A DNA stretch of 64,000 nucleotides, from the NCBI GenBank assembly GCA_964456235.1, contig CAYWDX010000002.1, positions 14,061 through 78,060 of the forward strand, read 5' to 3'. Both the position numbers and the translations under genes were made by a program. This DNA comes from an uncultured Candidatus Saccharibacteria bacterium. Its GTDB lineage: Bacteria; Patescibacteriota; Minisyncoccia; UBA6257; 2-01-FULL-56-20. Each line of letters begins with the position of its first letter. Positions within the stretch are counted from its first letter, which is position 1. Shown piece by piece: positions 58,408 through 64,000 of the stretch. The notes under the pieces were generated by a model. The model did no database searches. It was given only the letters and a program-made list of their open reading frames with translations, and was not told the origin of the DNA.

Positions 58408-59340
58408 CTAGGCATGTCCCATCCGGCGGCGCCGTGAGCGCGTCATAAATCGCCAAATGAGGAAGAGAGCGATCAACCCGCCCGCGAAGTAGACCCAATT
58501 ATTTTTTACAAATGCGATGACCTTGCTAGTCGGGGAAAGCGAACCCGCCGGAAGCACGTGGAAAATGGTGCGCGTGCTCGCAATCACCTGGCTATTTTTA
58601 TAGAAAACGACGTTCCCCCAGTAATCACCGACTCCCAAATGAAAGTCGGTCGGGAACTCAATGGTGTATTCGTCGATGGTGAAGGCGGGCGTCTGCGGGA
58701 AGCCATCCTGCTTCGTCATGTAGGCAAGCCGGACGGCGCCAAAGTGGTCGTAGAGGTCAAAGGTCGCCGAATCGAATCCTTCAGAAATATTGCCGTCATT
58801 TTGGAAACGCACGGTCGCGCGCGGATTCCATCCCTCTTCGATGTCAGAAAGTGTTATAAACGGGACTTTATAGCTTTCGTACACGCCATTGCCGACGGTC
58901 AGATTGATGGCCACGTTCGCACCGAGCGAGATCGCAACCTGGCCAGTGCTCGCCGGCTCGGTCGTGAATACGAGATTTCCGGAATATTTTCCGAGACCGG
59001 CGCTCTTGGGAACCGCCACCGACACGACGACCGGGAACTGGCGGGTTCCGGCAGGGATGATGAAATTAAATCCTTTGTCGATCGTGATCCAGTCGCGAAT
59101 GGCGTCGGGGACATTGAGTGTGGCGGCGATGCCAATGTCGGCATTGGGCTGGTCCTGCACCAAATAAATAGTTTCCCGGTACGTTACGCCCGGCGTGAGG
59201 TGATCAGTATTCAAAAATGGCGGTGAAATACCGAATGCAGCCAGAGTGCTGGCTGGCGTGGCGAGCAGGAAAGCTATCCCCGCAAAAAGCGCTACCGACA
59301 AAGGCACACTATACCGTTGGAGAAGCGGCACTGATTGCAT
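58408..59340 (-). CDS. Surface-anchored hypothetical protein. It ends with LPAGS...TM...RSRRRR, a possible sortase sorting signal.
   Basis: N-terminal signal peptide, a beta-rich ectodomain, and a C-terminal TM helix with a poly-Arg tail. Confidence 0.5.
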   Translation of the reverse strand: MQSVPLLQRYSVPLSVALFAGIAFLLATPASTLAAFGISPPFLNTDHLTPGVTYRETIYLVQDQPNADIGIAATLNVPDAIRDWITIDKGFNFIIPAGTRQFPVVVSVAVPKSAGLGKYSGNLVFTTEPASTGQVAISLGANVAINLTVGNGVYESYKVPFITLSDIEEGWNPRATVRFQNDGNISEGFDSATFDLYDHFGAVRLAYMTKQDGFPQTPAFTIDEYTIEFPTDFHLGVGDYWGNVVFYKNSQVIASTRTIFHVLPAGSLSPTSKVIAFVKNNWVYFAGGLIALFLIWRFMTRSRRRRMGHA

Positions 59341-59370
59341 TGCGATAGGCTTACTATATCACACGACCAC

Positions 59371-60282
59371 CTAGGTGTGGAAGACAGCGGTGAAGGTCGT
59401 TGTCGCGGTGTAGCTGCCCGTCGCCGTTCCTGCGGGGACGGTCAAGCCCCAGAAAAGATTTTGTGAAACGTTTGTGGTCGAAGTCGGCGATGTGAGAAGG
59501 AATCCGGCGACCGAGACCGCACTGTCGGTAAGCGCCGTGTCACTGCCGTTGCCAAAAGTGAAGCTCGAAGTTGCGTAGTGCTGGGAAGTGGTCGCGAATT
59601 GGTTGGATCCCGACTTAAACTCCGTGCCGCTGATGTTCAAACTGGTCGACGAATTCCCGGCATTCGCAACGGTCGTTGTCTGGTTTGTTGCACCGGTCGT
59701 AGAGCTTGCTGCCTGCGTCCCATAAGCAATCGACGAAGTCGTGATGTTGATAGCGTTTAAGGTAAGAAGTGACGTGGTGGCGGAGCTTGCCGTACTCGTC
59801 GCGCCGGCAGGGTCGGTAAAGTTGATCGTGGCTGTCCAGCTGTCAGAAGAAAAACTCGAGGACGCGTCCGTCGCATCGGCAAAATACTGCAAGTTGAAGG
59901 TGGTCGTCGTGTTCACCGAGGTCGTGGTACACGTGCTCGACGCCGTGAATGCGGATGCGGTGTAACAACTCCGGTTACTCGCCGTGCAGCCGGAGCCGGC
60001 AGCGGTCCGGTAGAGCACGATCGTTTCAGTGCCATTCTGAATATCGGTGCAGCCATTGTTGTCAGAAATAATTGCCGAAACACTAATTGCCTTCGTGGTA
60101 TTCGCAGTAAGTATGATGCTCGCTCCACCCCCGTTCAAGTTAACCGAAGTCACGGTCGGCACCGCGTTGCCAATCGTCACCAAGCTGTTTATGGGACCGC
60201 TCACGGCCAACACCAAGCCACCAACCATAAAAATGCCGGTTAAGATGATAGCCGAAGGAATACTCAACTTGCTTTCTCTCAT
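59371..60282 (-). CDS. Ser/Thr-rich surface protein, paralogous to the C-terminal 300 aa of the giant protein
   Basis: N-terminal TM anchor. The C-terminal block NITTSSIAYGT...ATSSQHYATSSFTFGNGSDTALTDSAVSVAGFLLT...TATTTFTAVFHT matches the giant protein C-terminus motif for motif. Confidence 0.55.
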   Translation of the reverse strand: MRESKLSIPSAIILTGIFMVGGLVLAVSGPINSLVTIGNAVPTVTSVNLNGGGASIILTANTTKAISVSAIISDNNGCTDIQNGTETIVLYRTAAGSGCTASNRSCYTASAFTASSTCTTTSVNTTTTFNLQYFADATDASSSFSSDSWTATINFTDPAGATSTASSATTSLLTLNAINITTSSIAYGTQAASSTTGATNQTTTVANAGNSSTSLNISGTEFKSGSNQFATTSQHYATSSFTFGNGSDTALTDSAVSVAGFLLTSPTSTTNVSQNLFWGLTVPAGTATGSYTATTTFTAVFHT

Positions 60283-60326
60283 TACTAGTATTGTAACAAA
60301 AACGAGGTTTTATCTGGTGTGGATAA

Positions 60327-63300
60327 CTACTGGCTCCAAACGGCCGTGAATGTCGTTGTGGCAGTATAGGTGCCGGTGGGCTTGCCGGTCGGCACCGCGA
60401 TCCCCCAGAAAACGTTGCTTTGGACGGCGTTTGAGCTCGTTGGCCCAACCAGCAAGAATCCCGCGACACTTAATGCAGTATCGGAAATTGCGGTGTCGCT
60501 CCCGTTATTTACGGTGAAGCTGGAGGTGGCAAAATGTTGGGAACTCGTGGCGAGCGTATCACTCCCCTTCACAAAGGCGCTGCCGGTAAGCTGGAGCGTC
60601 GTTGAGCAGTTGCCCACCACTTGCACGGTGGTCGTGATACTACCGCCGGACGTTGAACTGGGAGTAAGCGTTCCGTAGGCAATAGAAGAGGTCGTGATGT
60701 TGAGTGCGAGGAGCGTTTGAAGTTCCACCGTTGGACTCGTCGTCGCGCCGGTTGCGTCTGCCGCATCGTGCACGGTGATCACCGCCGACCAGGTATCACT
60801 ATTAAACGTAGAAGAGGCATCGGTTGCTTGCGCGAAATAATAAATATCCGCCGAGCAGCTGACGGTGCTGGTTGAACCTGAAAAGCTGCAACTCGAACTC
60901 GCAATCTGATAACAATTTTTATTATCAGCCGTGCACGTCGAGCCCAGAGCGGTCCGGTAGATAGTTGAGGTTGCGTATTTAATATCGCCCGGCCCATCCG
61001 CATCAGTGGTTGATGCAACAACCGTAATCGTCGCCGTAGTATTCGGCGAAAGGACGATGTTGGAGTTGCCGTTCAATTTCGCATTAGAAACGGTCGGTGC
61101 CGAGTTCGCGTTCGGTGTCACCGGGCTGCCGGATGGCACCACGCCCGGGCTGTAGTTGATGCGCGAATCAGAAGTAAAAATCTTATACGAATATGCCGTA
61201 CCGTTCGTAAGGCCCGTGTCGGTGCAGCCGGTTGCCGCCGAATTCACCACGCATGCGACTGTGCTCGTGCCGATCGTGTTACCAACAGCATAGTTCGTAC
61301 CGTCAGATGGAGATTGCGTCACCGTGGAGGTCGCGCGTAAGACCGTCGTCGTCGAAAAGTCGCTGTCGCCCGGATTTGTCCAGCTCAAAGTCACTTGGCC
61401 ATTGCCGCCAGTCGCGGTCGCTCCCGCCACGTCGGCTGGCGCCTTATTGTCAATAGTAATTGGGCTCGAAGTCGTGTTCCCGCCAGCTTGATCCAAGCTT
61501 TTACTGTCGGTCCATGCAGAAACCGTCGAGGTCACGACATATTGCGTGTCCGGTGGGTTTGGCATTGAGGCATATGAAAGCGGTTTCACCATGACGTTAA
61601 AGGTGGTGGCGGTTGTCGAGACGTTCATGTTCGTCGTCGTAACATTCAACGACGTGGAAGCCGGATTCGTACTCGAACCGTACACGGTTGCGCCGGTACT
61701 GTCGGTCACAATAAATTGAGAGACACCGGTGGTTGTTGCAACGGTAAGAGTAAGATTCGATATCGAACTCGTACCGAAATTCGTCTGGAAGGTGAAGACG
61801 GTACCCGTTGCAGAATTCGCACTCGGAGCGATGGTTTGGGCGGCGGGCTGGGTTCCATCACCGAGCGTGATGGTGACGGGCGTGTATACAATCACGATAA
61901 GACCCTGAATTCCTGATCCTCCCGTTGAGCCGCTGCCGCGGCCGCCGCCGCCGCCACCGCCATAATTGCCGCCGCTCGCACCCGCCACGCCGTTCGCGTT
62001 TCCGCCACCACCTCCACCACCCGACCCCGCCGTCCCACCCCCGGGATTCGCCGTCCATTCAGTACCGTTTCCACCGGCGGTGGCGGGGTTGCCCGTCGAT
62101 CCACCAGCACCGCCGCCATTACCAGTGCCGCCATCACCAGCGCCACCGACCACTCCGCTGCCGCCAGCGTTTGTACCATTACCACCAGCGGCATGATACC
62201 CAGCTGCACCACCACCACCGGCGCCGTTCGTAGTGTTCGTGGTAGTGCCGTTGCCACCAGTACCTCCAATAAATTTCGTGCTGCCAACGCTCGTCGAAGT
62301 TGCTCCGCCGCTACCAGCCGTGCCAGGGTTTCCAGCAAGCGCGCCGCCTCCTCCCTTCGCACCGACCACGACCGAGGTACTTGCGATGCCGCCGCAGTTG
62401 GTAGTTGCACTACAAAACCAGGTATCGCCACCTGTCGTTGACGCGGCGCCCCCGGCACCAACGTGAACGCCGGCGTTGGTCCCAATCGTGAGCGTGGTAC
62501 TCGCATTGGTCGTTTTCGCGTACGCCCCACCGCCACCGCCCGCAGCGCCTTTACTGGTACTGCCGGTGTTCTTCGTTCCGCCGCCGCCGGCACCAATCAC
62601 CTCAATACTACTCGAAGAGTTATTCCAATCGTTCGGAACCGGCCACGACGTCGAAGCGGTCGAGGTGATAAAAATAACAGTATCCGTAATAGCGTCTGAT
62701 GCAATCTGCCATTCACGTGATTCCTGCCAGCTGCCGATCTGGAACGGACCGAGGCGATAGAGCTCCGGGCTCACATTGGGACCCTTCCAGGAATACGAGA
62801 CCAGAGTGGAACTCCCATGGCGTAGATTCACATTCCAGGTAATCGTTTGCGTGTCGCCGGAAATAGCTTTGGTGCCACCCTGGTTCGGCATCACATCAAA
62901 AGAAGCCGGCACAGTTTCGACGACCGGCCCAGAATAATCGGCGTTCGCCTTGATGTTAAACACCATCGTATACCAGACCGGCGGGAAGATGCGGGTTGGG
63001 CCAACGCGCTCCACGTCGAAGGAGGGCTGCGCCTGCCCCTGAAATTGATCGTCAATACTGTGCGTACCATTGATCGTCGTTGCCGTAATGGAAACGCGGT
63101 AGACTCCCTGCTCCGCCACTTGCATGTGCGCAGTGTAGTCAGGATTATTGGTCACCGTCCCCGGCCCGCAGCTCGCGCTCCGAACGATTGTCCGATTGCT
63201 GGTGGAAAAATGTCGAAGCGCGCCCGATGGCGCCGTCACGTCCATATCGATTGCCGCGTTGCAAACCGTTCGGCCGGCATCGTCAAGGACGCCAAAGCCG

Positions 63301-64000
63301 ATCTTCGCTACATCGTCAAGGGTGTAAATCGATTTATTGAAGTTCACCGCGAGGACGCCCCAATTGAAATTGCTTTCGGTCATATAAATTGTCCCGTTCT
63401 GCCAGATGAGAAGTTTCAAGGTATAAGCGCCCGGACGGAACACGCGGCCAGGCGTAGGCAGTATCACGCGCAAGTTGCCGCCGGTGACAAGCGTTGCCGC
63501 CTGAAGGTTCGTTGGTTGGGCATCCGGCCCAAGGATCTGCGTCACGATGGTGTTATTCGCATCGGGCAACGCCTGCAGATTGGGCGCAGTTTGGGCATGG
63601 GCGCGAATGCCAAACAATCCGAATAAAGCGAGCGCCGCCTTTTGTGCGGGCTCGAGGAAGGAACTCGGTGAACTGGCTGGCGTCACGTCTGGCGGCGAAG
63701 AAGTCGCCGCAGGTTCAGGCGGAGCGGGCAGCGCGTTCAAATCAAAGTCGAATGCGGGCGCCTCATTCGCTTTAAAATCCGTCCTATCGTTTACCGGCAC
63801 CGGCTGCGCGCCAGGAGGAAGAACCAGCACCGGCGCATTCACATCGCCACTATTCTGCTGGCCGATATCAAGCGAGGGCAATGACGGCGCCACCTCGTAG
63901 TGTGTTTCAATGAACATCCCGTCGAGCAAAACGCGCGGAATCTGTGTGAGTACGGTCGGAGTCCCTTCGATCTTTACCTGTAATTTTTTGAGATCATCCC
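60327..64000 (-). CDS. Giant exported/surface protein (>1220 aa, N-terminus outside the window) with a roughly 250-aa Gly-rich low-complexity region
   Basis: Continuous ORF open to the window edge. It has a hydrophobic segment near the N-terminal region, a Gly-rich stretch (GGxGxxG repeats) at about 61.9-62.6 kb, and Thr/Ser-rich beta domains. Confidence 0.7.
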   Translation of the reverse strand, partial: DDLKKLQVKIEGTPTVLTQIPRVLLDGMFIETHYEVAPSLPSLDIGQQNSGDVNAPVLVLPPGAQPVPVNDRTDFKANEAPAFDFDLNALPAPPEPAATSSPPDVTPASSPSSFLEPAQKAALALFGLFGIRAHAQTAPNLQALPDANNTIVTQILGPDAQPTNLQAATLVTGGNLRVILPTPGRVFRPGAYTLKLLIWQNGTIYMTESNFNWGVLAVNFNKSIYTLDDVAKIGFGVLDDAGRTVCNAAIDMDVTAPSGALRHFSTSNRTIVRSASCGPGTVTNNPDYTAHMQVAEQGVYRVSITATTINGTHSIDDQFQGQAQPSFDVERVGPTRIFPPVWYTMVFNIKANADYSGPVVETVPASFDVMPNQGGTKAISGDTQTITWNVNLRHGSSTLVSYSWKGPNVSPELYRLGPFQIGSWQESREWQIASDAITDTVIFITSTASTSWPVPNDWNNSSSSIEVIGAGGGGTKNTGSTSKGAAGGGGGAYAKTTNASTTLTIGTNAGVHVGAGGAASTTGGDTWFCSATTNCGGIASTSVVVGAKGGGGALAGNPGTAGSGGATSTSVGSTKFIGGTGGNGTTTNTTNGAGGGGAAGYHAAGGNGTNAGGSGVVGGAGDGGTGNGGGAGGSTGNPATAGGNGTEWTANPGGGTAGSGGGGGGGNANGVAGASGGNYGGGGGGGRGSGSTGGSGIQGLIVIVYTPVTITLGDGTQPAAQTIAPSANSATGTVFTFQTNFGTSSISNLTLTVATTTGVSQFIVTDSTGATVYGSSTNPASTSLNVTTTNMNVSTTATTFNVMVKPLSYASMPNPPDTQYVVTSTVSAWTDSKSLDQAGGNTTSSPITIDNKAPADVAGATATGGNGQVTLSWTNPGDSDFSTTTVLRATSTVTQSPSDGTNYAVGNTIGTSTVACVVNSAATGCTDTGLTNGTAYSYKIFTSDSRINYSPGVVPSGSPVTPNANSAPTVSNAKLNGNSNIVLSPNTTATITVVASTTDADGPGDIKYATSTIYRTALGSTCTADNKNCYQIASSSCSFSGSTSTVSCSADIYYFAQATDASSTFNSDTWSAVITVHDAADATGATTSPTVELQTLLALNITTSSIAYGTLTPSSTSGGSITTTVQVVGNCSTTLQLTGSAFVKGSDTLATSSQHFATSSFTVNNGSDTAISDTALSVAGFLLVGPTSSNAVQSNVFWGIAVPTGKPTGTYTATTTFTAVWSQ

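Noticed and set aside
61925-62466. Plus-strand ORFs encoding Pro-rich and His/Arg-rich polypeptides (61925-62233, 61966-62196, 62233-62466)
   Set aside because: They are antisense shadows of the Gly-rich GGN repeat region of the giant minus-strand gene, with extreme composition and no start context.

Overview
This 64 kb window looks like a chromosomal segment from a small-genome, CPR/Patescibacteria-like bacterium. That call is inferred from gene content, not from any search. The GC content is moderately high.

Core functions present:
- Translation and housekeeping: rpsB, tsf, rpmA, rplI, def, fmt, gltX, trmD, typA, and a short dnaX.
- Cell division and condensation: scpA, scpB, ftsW.
- Peptidoglycan and secretion: murC, murG, mraY, a D-Ala-D-Ala carboxypeptidase, secD, secF.
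- Cell surface and DNA uptake: a complete type IV pilus locus (pilB, pilC, three pseudopilin-like genes and a pilin), two class-F-like sortases, and a ComEC channel.
- A soluble TraD/VirD4-like P-loop ATPase with a membrane partner sits beside ComEC.
- The 5' end carries two ABC export systems flanked by msrB and msrA.

RNA genes and unusual regions:
- Two tRNAs: tRNA-Gln(CUG) on the minus strand and tRNA-Tyr(GUA) on the plus strand.
- A roughly 0.9 kb gene-free region (7.45-8.33 kb) ends in strong terminators and probably holds a structured RNA of unknown class.
- A 1.2 kb low-GC islet lies beside tRNA-Gln. It has two orphan ORFs, one with an RNx3H HEPN-like motif.

The most striking feature is a run of six same-strand genes at the 3' end (54.5-64 kb, running off the window). 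They encode exported or surface proteins: two with cohesin-like N-terminal domains, one with a clear double dockerin repeat, two hypothetical surface proteins, and a giant (>1200 aa) protein with a glycine-rich low-complexity region. This looks like a modular cell-surface complex held together by cohesin-dockerin interactions.

No CRISPR array, transposase or integrase was seen.
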